This document shows, one piece after another, positions 1 through 7,181 of a stretch of 64,000 bases of DNA. The DNA comes from an uncultured Bifidobacterium sp. Lineage in GTDB: Bacteria > Verrucomicrobiota > Verrucomicrobiia > Limisphaerales > JADLHS01. The stretch is taken from contig CAZQNQ010000003.1 in NCBI GenBank assembly GCA_964594985.1, positions 81,446 through 145,445 of the forward strand, written 5' to 3'. How positions within the stretch are numbered: the stretch's first letter is position 1; every line of letters starts with the position of its first letter. The notes beneath the pieces are model-generated. The model was not told where the DNA came from. It searched no databases and was given only the letters and a program-made list of their open reading frames with translations. A program made the translations under genes and the position numbers.

Positions 1-241
1 TGTGTATTTCCGGGCCGGTGTCCCCGCATTCGATTTCGTCCTTCATACGCTTAATCGCCTGCTTCGGATAAAGGTCGTCGCTCAACTCAACAATCAGTTT
101 GTCAACCTTATCAGCCTTGTAGCGGACGAACTCGACGAGTTCAAGGAACTCGGCAGTCTTTGGTGATTTGCTGGCCCTGATGCGTTCAGCGCAACAGCCA
201 GCCTTCCAACCGTTCGATGAGATTTCAAGACGTTGAATCAT
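1..241 (-). CDS. hypothetical protein, partial (C-terminus beyond window start)
   Basis: ATG at 241 on the complement, open down to position 1. It translates as MIQRLEISSNGWKAGCCAERIRASKSPKTAEFLELVEF... It is missing from the ORF track only because no stop lies in the window. It is co-directional with 273..563. Confidence 0.35.
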   Translation of the reverse strand, partial: MIQRLEISSNGWKAGCCAERIRASKSPKTAEFLELVEFVRYKADKVDKLIVELSDDLYPKQAIKRMKDEIECGDTGPEIH

Positions 242-272
242 GGCGTTTTCTCCTTTCGCTTCTTCGGATGGC

Positions 273-563
273 TCACTTCGCTGCGGCCATCAGTTCATCA
301 ACCTTGTTGGAATACTTCAACAGCAGCCGTCCGTCCGATGGATGTTGTTTGATGCGCAAAGCCAATTCGCGGGCTTCGAGGCGGCTGTATAGTGGGGTAA
401 CAGCATCAACAAAGTCATTTACAGCGGAATCAACCTGTGATTCCAACGCTGCTCTTGCAGGTTGATCGTGGTGGATGGTTTCGAGTTTCGAGCAGATGGT
501 CACCAGTTTCCGTAGCTGTTCGCCAAACACGACAGCCTGTTCGTTTGTAAGTTCGTCTTTCAT
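273..563 (-). CDS. hypothetical helical protein of the integrated element
   Basis: 96-aa ORF co-directional with its neighbours. No recognisable catalytic or binding motif. Confidence 0.45.
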   Translation of the reverse strand: MKDELTNEQAVVFGEQLRKLVTICSKLETIHHDQPARAALESQVDSAVNDFVDAVTPLYSRLEARELALRIKQHPSDGRLLLKYSNKVDELMAAAK

Positions 564-639
564 TATTCAGTTCTTGGTTTTGTTTTTTCTATTTGCCGGA
601 CACCCGGCTAAATCATCGTGTGATACATTGGTGATTGGG

Positions 640-1134
640 TTACTTCCCTGATGTCAATTCCGCGTGTTGAGCGCGGAGTGATTTAATGCGGCTCTGAATA
701 CTGCGATGGGTTACGGTGCTCGCATCGTATTTGCCAAGGCTCGCCTCTAAGCTGTTGATTTCATCAACCAGCTTTGCGGCTTTGAATGCCGCCGGGCCAC
801 CAAGCGACTGAATCGCATCAGTCAAATTGAGTTTCTTCCCGGATGCCGAAGAATAACGCGCAGCAGCCGTCGCGGTCGCAAGTGGCACTGCCTTCGGCGC
901 GTAGGCGAGCGGTGTCGAGAGCCGGGCAGTTACGCGCAGCTTGGCGGCGTGAGACTCCATCGCACCCATCGCCGAAAAGATTTCGTCCAGTGTTGCGCTC
1001 GGCTTCTTTGCGCTGGCGACATCAGGGCGACTCGGGACAGCTTGCCCCCGAGTCCGCATCTGTGTTTCAAGCACGGTGACGTGGGATTCAAGTGCAGTGA
1101 GTTCGGCGGCAAATTCTTCGTTGGTCGTCTTCAT
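640..1134 (-). CDS. hypothetical coiled-coil protein, possible scaffold/decoration protein
   Basis: 164-aa ORF with helical heptad-like ends (EEFAAELTALESHVTVLETQM; SIQSRIKSLRAQHAELT) around an Ala/Pro-rich centre. It lies downstream of the S49 protease module, and its start overlaps the stop of 1131..1343 by 4 nt. Confidence 0.45.
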   Translation of the reverse strand: MKTTNEEFAAELTALESHVTVLETQMRTRGQAVPSRPDVASAKKPSATLDEIFSAMGAMESHAAKLRVTARLSTPLAYAPKAVPLATATAAARYSSASGKKLNLTDAIQSLGGPAAFKAAKLVDEINSLEASLGKYDASTVTHRSIQSRIKSLRAQHAELTSGK

Positions 1135-1343
1135 TGGATATTAGCTTCTACGGGTTTGTGTTGGGTAAGTGTGGCCCGCAGTGAGTTCAATCGTTCCACG
1201 TTGAACAAGAGAACATCAGGTTTTGTTGGGACCAGCAGAACCCCATCGGGTTCGACGCCATGAGTGCGGAGCCGCACCGAAAGCGTGTTCGGTGAAATGC
1301 CAATTCGCTTCGACAATCCGGTTTGTGAGACAAAACTTTTCAT
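1131..1343 (-). CDS. small putative helix-turn-helix protein
   Basis: 70-aa ORF overlapping both neighbours by 4 nt (translational coupling). The segment GLSKRIGISPNTLSVRL resembles an HTH. Confidence 0.4.
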   Translation of the reverse strand: MKSFVSQTGLSKRIGISPNTLSVRLRTHGVEPDGVLLVPTKPDVLLFNVERLNSLRATLTQHKPVEANIQ

Positions 1344-2167
1344 TGCTTCATGAGTCGTTGGAGGACTTGCATCGCGGCTTTATCTGAGCCGACACCGTCA
1401 ACCAGCCCCATTCCCCGTGCTTCGTCGCCACGGAAAACTTGTCCCTGCATCGCCTCGGCTTTCACCTGTGGCCGTGCTCTTGTCACCATGTCCTTGAACA
1501 CCGTAAAAGATGAGTCCACTTTGGATTGAAGATGGTTGCGTTGTTCGTCATTCAGGGAAGTGCCCACTGTGCCCAAACCCTTGAACTTCGCTTCCTTGTT
1601 GGTGAAGACTTCAATCTTTACGCCGAAGTCTTCGAGATACTTCGTCCAATCTGTGACGCTGGCAATCACACCGATGCTCCCAACCATCGCGCTCTTGTTC
1701 GCAATGATCTTCGACGACTGGGACGCAATCATGTAACCGAGGCTTGCGCCAAGTCCGCCGATGTGTGTCACCACAGGCTTGCCCGCTCGCACCATCGCCG
1801 CAACCGCATCGCCGATTTCTGGACCGCCGAGGAACATTCCGCCCGGCGTGTCCATCGTAATCAAACCACCGCGAACGCTCTCATCCGCAGCCGCCGCATC
1901 AATCATGTTCAGCACGGCGCGAGAATCTTCGACATCGGAGTAAAACATTTCCTCTACGGACGGTGCATAAGCCAACGTCCCTACAATCGGCATCACGGCA
2001 ACGTCACCAACCATTTGCATTTTCGGCTTCAGGTATTCTCGCATCCGACTGACGTAAGGAGCTTCAGCCGCTCGTTCGTCGCTGCCTGTAAGCATCCAGT
2101 TGAATCGTTCCGCCGTCATCAGCGGAACGTCTTCAAATACACGGCGCAAAAATGTGTTCGCTCTCAC
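1340..2167 (-). CDS. S49-family (SppA/ClpP-fold) serine peptidase, phage prohead protease type
   Basis: 275-aa ORF with VAVMPIVGTL, ITMDTPGG, GGLGASLGYMIASQ (candidate Ser nucleophile) and MVGSIGV. Size and motif order are typical of lambda gpC-like head maturation proteases. Confidence 0.8.
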   Translation of the reverse strand: MRANTFLRRVFEDVPLMTAERFNWMLTGSDERAAEAPYVSRMREYLKPKMQMVGDVAVMPIVGTLAYAPSVEEMFYSDVEDSRAVLNMIDAAAADESVRGGLITMDTPGGMFLGGPEIGDAVAAMVRAGKPVVTHIGGLGASLGYMIASQSSKIIANKSAMVGSIGVIASVTDWTKYLEDFGVKIEVFTNKEAKFKGLGTVGTSLNDEQRNHLQSKVDSSFTVFKDMVTRARPQVKAEAMQGQVFRGDEARGMGLVDGVGSDKAAMQVLQRLMKQ

Positions 2168-2194
2168 ACCATAGCGGACACGTTAAGTCATGTG

Positions 2195-2229
2195 ACTGAA
2201 AACGGGTGTGGAACGGAGCATTGTTCCAC
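2195..2229 (-). terminator. weak intrinsic-terminator-like hairpin
   Basis: GTGGAAC(8 nt)GTTCCAC at 2208..2229. On the minus strand it is followed by ACCCGTTTTC. It lies between the stop of 2260..2463 and the start of the S49 gene. Confidence 0.3.
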
Positions 2230-2259
2230 GTGACACAACAAGCAGAACTACCAACGCAT

Positions 2260-2463
2260 TTACGGAAGCCGTCGAAGGGTTGATCGGATTCGGTTTTTGA
2301 ATAGCTCCAAGTCATACTTCGCCGGGTTCTCCTGCCTCCATCGCTTCTTACGATCAGCTTCGTGTCTGGGATTGGTAGCCATGCGCTTCCAATAAGCACA
2401 CCGGCAACGAACACGGCCCAGCTTCACCTTGAGTTCTGTGATCTGTTGTTGTTTGGTCTTCAT
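2260..2463 (-). CDS. small basic hypothetical protein
   Basis: 67-aa Lys/Arg-rich ORF (RHEADRKKRWRQENPAKYD). It is the first gene after a 315-nt AT-richer intergenic region. Confidence 0.35.
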   Translation of the reverse strand: MKTKQQQITELKVKLGRVRCRCAYWKRMATNPRHEADRKKRWRQENPAKYDLELFKNRIRSTLRRLP

Positions 2464-2674
2464 ATCTCGTGTGTCCCACTTCCGGTTTTCACCCGATTTT
2501 TACAAACCCCAATGTTTACGGCCTGCTCACATGGCTGGAATTGAATTGAGTGGGACACTGGGATTTTACCTTTGAATCACACACTTCGGTCTCTTTCGGA
2601 ACCACCTACCTAAAATTTCGCGGGAAAAGATTCCTTAAAAACTGCGATGTGTTTTTTTATACAGCGTCTCACCC

Positions 2675-2706
2675 AGCGGCACAGTAGCGGCACACTCTGC
2701 GGCACA
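2675..2706. promoter_or_regulatory. three direct GCGGCACA boxes at 11-12 nt spacing (candidate operator)
   Basis: AGCGGCACA at 2675 and 2686, TGCGGCACA at 2698. They sit in the only long intergenic region of the element. A 9-bp inverted repeat GTGTCCCAC (2471) / GTGGGACAC (2550) lies nearby. Confidence 0.35.
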
Positions 2707-2777
2707 GATGACAGCGAAGATGCTGTTAGCTGCTTATTGATTATATCTATAGCGCAACGTTCACTTATAAGCGTTTG

Positions 2778-3173
2778 TCAATTGTTGGTGAACTCGCTGA
2801 ACAGTTCGACTTGCTTGGTCTGTGGTGCGCGCCCATTGCGTTTGAGGAACGTCCGCGCCAATGAAAGGCTGGCAAGCTCGTAGCGGAATATCTTTCGACC
2901 GCGTGATGTCTCAGCGGTTGAGCGGCGGAAGTCTGCCGTGGGTTTGATAACACCAGCCTTCGTCAGCAGTCGCCATGCACTGCCAACACAGTTGCGGTCA
3001 TCGCGGTTGATGGCTGTAAGAACGATTTCGTCAGGCCAGATCGTGAATGGTTCAACAGACACCTTCTCGGCGATTAAGCAGGCAACGTCGCGCAATGGCC
3101 CGGGCTTCCACGTCATTTGCTTCAACGCTACTTCGTTCAGATGTTGGTCTGTGTTCGATGCTGTTGTATTCAT
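2778..3173 (-). CDS. hypothetical protein
   Basis: 131-aa ORF. Its start overlaps the stop of the initiator-like gene by 4 nt. Confidence 0.45.
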   Translation of the reverse strand: MNTTASNTDQHLNEVALKQMTWKPGPLRDVACLIAEKVSVEPFTIWPDEIVLTAINRDDRNCVGSAWRLLTKAGVIKPTADFRRSTAETSRGRKIFRYELASLSLARTFLKRNGRAPQTKQVELFSEFTNN

Positions 3174-3850
3174 ACAACCCTCCCAAGAAGTTTCCGAAGC
3201 TCACCACGCTTCGCGATCAGTGTTTCAATCCATTTACGTGAGTTCGGCCCTGACGCATCGGCTGGCGTCCGGCCTTTGAGTTCTTCGTTGATGGCTCTAA
3301 GCTCATCGCTCCAATCCTTGCGCTGTCGTTCACGGCTTATGAGTTGAGCAATTGATTCAGACTCGGGGGTCTCCCCCTTACTTATTGATATTACTTCATT
3401 GTTATTACTTACGTTGCCCATTTGGGCAACACGGGCTATGCCGGTTTGGGCATCGCCAGATGCCGAAATGGGCAACACGCTCGTTGCCGGTTTAGACAAC
3501 GCGACAGGATTGGCGTTGCCGGTTTGGGCATCACCGCGCGTGGCCTGTTCAGGCAACACGAAACCGTAAAGAATCGTGTAAACGAAGTGGTGATTGGTGC
3601 CTCTGACTTCCACAGCCAGGTATCCACAAGCAACGAGTTCCTTAATCCAGCCAGACAAAGAATGTGGTTTGCAGTGTAATTCAACCGCGATGGTGCGCTG
3701 TTGAGGGAAACAGACGTTTTCTTTATTCGCCCGGTCGCGCAGGTAGTGCCAGAGACGAAACGCACCATGTGAAATCCTACCGTCTCGCACTAGGCGGCGA
3801 TAAACCGACAAAGATTCGTCAACTTGCTCACGTTGCGGCTGTGCCACCAT
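3170..3850 (-). CDS. winged-helix replication-initiator-like protein (lambda O-like organisation)
   Basis: The ORF track gives 3170..3895. An internal ATG at 3850 overlaps the upstream stop as TGATG. N-terminal wHTH-like segment: FPQQRTIAVELHCKPHSLSGWIKELVACGYLAV. The central linker is encoded by DNA repeats (GDAQTG twice). Confidence 0.55.
   Translation of the reverse strand: MVAQPQREQVDESLSVYRRLVRDGRISHGAFRLWHYLRDRANKENVCFPQQRTIAVELHCKPHSLSGWIKELVACGYLAVEVRGTNHHFVYTILYGFVLPEQATRGDAQTGNANPVALSKPATSVLPISASGDAQTGIARVAQMGNVSNNNEVISISKGETPESESIAQLISRERQRKDWSDELRAINEELKGRTPADASGPNSRKWIETLIAKRGELRKLLGRVV
3375..3560. other. candidate origin of replication inside the initiator gene: iterons plus AT-rich tract
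   Basis: GCCGGTTTGGGCATC at 3440 and 3518, with variant GCCGGTTTAGACAAC at 3486. TGGGCAACACG at 3423 and 3469, with variant at 3550. Palindrome GTTGCCCATTTGGGCAAC at 3413..3430. The AT-rich tract CTTATTGATATTACTTCATTGTTATTACTTAC directly adjoins at about 3380..3412. Confidence 0.5.
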
Positions 3851-4170
3851 CAGGATAAAACCTTTCTCCCTGTTACTAATCGCAGCACACCACACAACGC
3901 CAACGCTTCATCACTACGCAAAATGATGGTCTGTGTTTCGTCTGTGAACGTGTCGGTCTGTTTGACCGCGATGCCGCCGTCGCTCGTGTGGAACACTTCA
4001 AACCCAAATCGTTCGACCGGGGGAAGAACAAAGTGCCCTTCGTTTGTTCGCTTAATGACCTCGTTCTTATGAATGTAATCCGTTTCCTTTGTTCCCGTCT
4101 CGGTGGTTGACAGACCCCGAGACGGTTTTTTGTTGTCAGGGGGTTTCTTCAAGTTCTTCCTCCTCTCCAA
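3850..4170 (-). CDS. hypothetical protein
   Basis: 106-aa ORF with a Lys-rich N-terminus. Its ends overlap both neighbours. Confidence 0.35.
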   Translation of the reverse strand: MERRKNLKKPPDNKKPSRGLSTTETGTKETDYIHKNEVIKRTNEGHFVLPPVERFGFEVFHTSDGGIAVKQTDTFTDETQTIILRSDEALALCGVLRLVTGRKVLS

Positions 4171-4693
4171 TTTCTGCTTCGGATTCGGTTGTGTTGGAAT
4201 TATCCGAGTTGAATTGCATCCTGTGGTGGTCGTGAGCGAGTTGGGCTCCGTTTGCTATCCCAAACTTGTCGCGGAGTTCACCAGTGGTGATGGATAACAA
4301 CGGTGTGCTAACGCCGTAACGCTTTGCCAATTTTCTCAACGATGGAGATTCGTCGAATAGCCCTTGGTCAATAATCCACGCGAGACAGATCGCACGCTTA
4401 CCGACAGCCTCGCGTGAAACTTTTTCTCCGTGGCTCTGAGCTTTGGTGTCGCCAAGGATCACTCTCAGCACTTCGATTACCGCCCGGCAAGCAAGTGTGT
4501 AGTCCGGCCCGTGCATCGGGACTTCCTCACGCTCGCAAACATCGCGAAGCACATCTTCCATACTGAGATATGGAACGCGCTGGCCATCCTCGAATGCGGC
4601 ATCGTGTTGTTCGTGTCGCCCCTTTACCGAGTGCCCAAATATCTTGTCCTCGGCTTCGCCTGCCGCGAGTAGTGCGGAAGCTGCGTTGGTCAT
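4136..4693 (-). CDS. hypothetical protein with HTH-like segment and acidic tail
   Basis: 185-aa ORF with SLRKLAKRYGVSTPLLS (HTH-like) and a C-terminal EAEIGEEEELEE. Confidence 0.45.
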   Translation of the reverse strand: MTNAASALLAAGEAEDKIFGHSVKGRHEQHDAAFEDGQRVPYLSMEDVLRDVCEREEVPMHGPDYTLACRAVIEVLRVILGDTKAQSHGEKVSREAVGKRAICLAWIIDQGLFDESPSLRKLAKRYGVSTPLLSITTGELRDKFGIANGAQLAHDHHRMQFNSDNSNTTESEAEIGEEEELEETP

Positions 4694-4929
4694 CGCACAC
4701 CTCCAACCTGACGCGCCAGCAACGCGGCCATCACCGCAGGCGGGCTGTAAAAACGAAGTCTCCCCAATCGCACCGAAGGAATCACCTTTGACTTTGCGCG
4801 GCGTTCAAGTGTGCGGAGAGATGGACGGCATTTCTCGACCGGGAAAACGATGCGAAGAAGGGTCTCGCCGTCAACTAAGCCGTTGCTGTCCGGTTCGGTC
4901 TGCTTCTGTGTGCTTGTGTCGCTTATCAT
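4690..4929 (-). CDS. excisionase/MerR-type helix-turn-helix DNA-binding protein
   Basis: 79-aa ORF. VIPSVRLGRLRFYSPPAVMAAL matches the ...P.VRIGR..RF... signature of excisionase-family HTH domains. It overlaps the downstream gene by 4 nt. Confidence 0.5.
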   Translation of the reverse strand: MISDTSTQKQTEPDSNGLVDGETLLRIVFPVEKCRPSLRTLERRAKSKVIPSVRLGRLRFYSPPAVMAALLARQVGGVR

Positions 4930-4979
4930 GCCGCGAATAAATCACGGCACCGTTAAAACCAATACGGACAGAACGCGCC

Positions 4980-5567
4980 CTAGTTTTGTCTCTTGAGTCT
5001 CAGGCCAACAGCTTTGAATGCGGCGGGCGGCTTGAGCTTATCAGCCAAACGTGAATGTGCTTTAATTGTGGCCTCGTCGCCAGCAGATGGCCGTTGAGTT
5101 ATCAGTTTGAGTGTCGCCTCGAACTCTCCCGGAGATGAAATCCGCGAAACCAGTTTTGCGACTGTAGATTTGTCCTTTGCCCATGCCCTCCAAAACGCAT
5201 TGTTAACATTGATACCTTCAACGTTGAGATTAGGAATGTCCTCGTGTAGCTGTCGGCCAAACTCTGTGGACAAGTCCACACATGCCGACCAAGCAATTCC
5301 ACGTAACTCTGAATCGGAGAAGCATTCAACACTAAGAGCCGTAGCCGCTCGCTTGCCAAGCGCCAAGAACAAATCAGTCTTACGGCGATCTGGATCATGA
5401 CTCCACCACAAGAATTCTCCGCATTCATCACCGCGAAAAGTAATTCCACCGGAGCCGTCGGTCTGTTTACTAGTCTTCATTGAGAGTCTTTTCACAGATT
5501 CACCCGACCAAGGCAAGGAAATGACCTGTAAACGTATTGGGGGATATTTCCTAACAAATCCTATCAA
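4980..5567 (-). CDS. hypothetical protein (outermost gene of the element)
   Basis: 195-aa ORF. The more likely start is MKTSKQ at 5480. No motif recognised. Confidence 0.4.
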   Translation of the reverse strand: MIGFVRKYPPIRLQVISLPWSGESVKRLSMKTSKQTDGSGGITFRGDECGEFLWWSHDPDRRKTDLFLALGKRAATALSVECFSDSELRGIAWSACVDLSTEFGRQLHEDIPNLNVEGINVNNAFWRAWAKDKSTVAKLVSRISSPGEFEATLKLITQRPSAGDEATIKAHSRLADKLKPPAAFKAVGLRLKRQN

Positions 5568-5682
5568 AACCAGTGTCGTTTCCTGTCTTGTTGTGTCGTT
5601 AGGAGTCTGTTAGGATTTTGTCGGAAACCGAGGGTTTCCTTGAATTTCGTGATTTCCTGTGGATTCTCACGAAGTGGGTAAT

Positions 5683-5709
5683 GGAGTTCAAATCTCCCCG
5701 CCCCGACCA
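5683..5709 (+). other. tRNA 3-prime fragment (T-arm, acceptor 3-prime strand, ACCA): probable att site
   Basis: GGAGTTCAAATCTCCCCGCCCCGACCA reads as T-stem/T-loop (TTCAAAT), acceptor strand CGCCCCG, discriminator A and CCA. The complementary 5-prime acceptor strand CGGGGCG is absent within 95 nt upstream, so this is not a whole tRNA. The C1-G72/A73 pattern would fit tRNA-Pro. Confidence 0.5.
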
Positions 5710-5876
5710 ATTTTTCTTAGAGGCTGTCTAAAAAAACGGCATTGCCCATCGTCCTCGTCCTCGTCCTCGGTTTTTCAAGGGAAGGCGAGGACGACGACGA
5801 GAACGAGGACGATTCGCCGGCCCGGGAGTTTTCAGACCGGCTCTTGGACTTTCCTCCCGGTTCAGTTGCAACGGAA

Positions 5877-5914
5877 ACTTCTGCCTCCCGCTCACACTTC
5901 TGCCTCCCGCTCAC
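5877..5914 (+). repeat. 19-nt tandem direct repeat x2 upstream of the orphan receiver gene
   Basis: CTTCTGCCTCCCGCTCAC(A/G) at 5877..5895 and 5896..5914, about 90 nt before the ATG at 6006. Confidence 0.6.
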
Positions 5915-6005
5915 GTTTTGTCGGCCATCCGTCTCTCAGGAATAGCCTGAGTACCCCGGGTTTGACTGGGTTCATGGCAACATGGTTTGCTGCGGGCTGT
6001 TACAC

Positions 6006-6410
6006 ATGGAAAATGATTCAAACCCCGAAGTTGAGTTACGCTTTGCTTTGATTGATGGCAGCCCATTTGACGCAAAGTTGATCGAGATGAGTTTGCGCGC
6101 GAACATGACTTGTCATGTGATCGTCGTGGGTTCCCGCGAGGAATTTCTCACCGAACTGGAACGCGCGCTGCCGAATGTGATCATTTCGGACCCGAATCTG
6201 CCCGGCTTTGATGGGCTTTCTGCGTTGGCATTGGCCAAACAGTATTGCCCGGAGGTTCCGTTTGTCTTTTGTTCCGGGGCTGTGTCCGAAGAAGTAAAAA
6301 CAAAGGCCTTGGCTCTTGGCGTCAAGGCTTGGTCAAGCAAGGACCATCTCGATCATCTCGTCATGGCCGTGGGGAAGCTCTGTGGGGAAAGGGTTGCTGG
6401 CGGCGGATAA
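6006..6410 (+). CDS. single-domain response-regulator receiver (CheY-like)
   Basis: The ORF track starts at 5982; the likely start is MENDSN at 6006. Receiver layout: LIDGSP (beta1), VIISDPNLPGFDG (phospho-acceptor Asp), VFCSG (Ser/Thr position), GVKAWSSK (Lys). There is no output domain. Confidence 0.8.
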   Translation: MENDSNPEVELRFALIDGSPFDAKLIEMSLRANMTCHVIVVGSREEFLTELERALPNVIISDPNLPGFDGLSALALAKQYCPEVPFVFCSGAVSEEVKTKALALGVKAWSSKDHLDHLVMAVGKLCGERVAGGG

Positions 6411-6431
6411 CACCTTTACGCCAGCAGTGGT

Positions 6432-7118
6432 TCAAAGGGCCGCTTGGTTGGGCTTGGCCGTCAAATCACCGCGCACGGGAAGATTCGCGAAACGCGCCAC
6501 GGCTTCGGTGCGTGACCGGACGTGGAGCTTTTCATAGATGCGCCGGATATAGGTGTTGACCGTCGGCAGACTGATGCTCAGCGAATCCGCAATCTCCTTG
6601 TACAGATAACCCCGGGCCAGCAATTCCAAAACCTCCCGCTCGCGCGGTGACAAGGCCGCATCTTCCGTCGAGAATTGCGGCGCTTGCAGTTGGAACGTCT
6701 GCACCACTTTGCGGGCGATGTTGGCCGTCATCGGCGAGCCGCCGCTGTGGACGTCCCGCAACGCCGCGATCAAACCGGCGCGTTGCGTCTGCTTGAGCAG
6801 ATAACCGGACGCCCCGGCCTGCAACGCTTGAAAGATGTGGTCGGAGTCCTCGTAAACCGTGAGCATCACGAACTGTGTCGTGGGCAGCAGCGGCTTGAGC
6901 CGGCGCACGCATTCCGGACCGTTCATCCCGGGCAGATTGATGTCCATGAGGACGGCCTGCGGTTGATGTTCGGGAATCTTGGCGAGCGCGTCCTCACCCG
7001 AGCCGTGATTGCTCACGCACCGGAAGCCTTCAGCCCGATTGATCCAATCCACCAGGATCTCGCGCGCTTTGGGATCGTCTTCGACGATGGACACTTTGAT
7101 TGACACGGCTTTACCCAT
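6432..7118 (-). CDS. NarL/FixJ-family response regulator (REC + LuxR-type HTH)
   Basis: 228 aa with SIVEDDP, VLMDINLPGMNG, and C-terminal LSPREREVLELLARGYLYKEIADSLSISLPTVNTYIRRIYEKL. Confidence 0.9.
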   Translation of the reverse strand: MGKAVSIKVSIVEDDPKAREILVDWINRAEGFRCVSNHGSGEDALAKIPEHQPQAVLMDINLPGMNGPECVRRLKPLLPTTQFVMLTVYEDSDHIFQALQAGASGYLLKQTQRAGLIAALRDVHSGGSPMTANIARKVVQTFQLQAPQFSTEDAALSPREREVLELLARGYLYKEIADSLSISLPTVNTYIRRIYEKLHVRSRTEAVARFANLPVRGDLTAKPNQAAL

Positions 7119-7181
7119 AACATGATTTGCGCTTGCGATGTTGTAGTGTGTTCTGATGACAGGGTGACGCCACCGGTTGAT

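Larger units (their letters stand above)
1..5709. mobile_element. right-hand part of an integrated phage- or phage-satellite-like element (left end lies outside the window)
   Basis: Thirteen co-directional minus-strand ORFs, several pairs overlapping by 1-4 nt. GC is visibly lower than in the rest of the window. Functions are phage-type: S49 head protease, excisionase-like HTH, winged-helix initiator with internal iterons. The element ends abruptly at a tRNA 3-prime fragment at 5683..5709. No integrase, terminase, portal or capsid gene is recognisable in the visible part. Confidence 0.6.

Noticed and set aside
5683-5709. Possible complete tRNA gene
   Set aside because: Only the T-arm and 3-prime acceptor strand are present. 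No CGGGGCG 5-prime acceptor strand, D-arm or anticodon arm can be drawn from the 95 nt upstream. It is kept as an att-like fragment instead.
5659-6051. ORFs 5659..6051, 5717..5914 and 5742..5945 with SSSSSS / EDDDENEDD runs
   Set aside because: They are read-throughs of the triplet-repeat hairpin and tandem repeat in an intergenic region. All three frames and strands are open there, which argues against coding.
6006-6410. Orphan receiver as a degenerate pseudo-receiver
   Set aside because: Only one of the two usual N-terminal acidic residues is present (LIDGSP). The phospho-acceptor Asp (IISDPNLPG), the Ser/Thr position and the Lys position are all identifiable. There is no sound basis to call it inactive.
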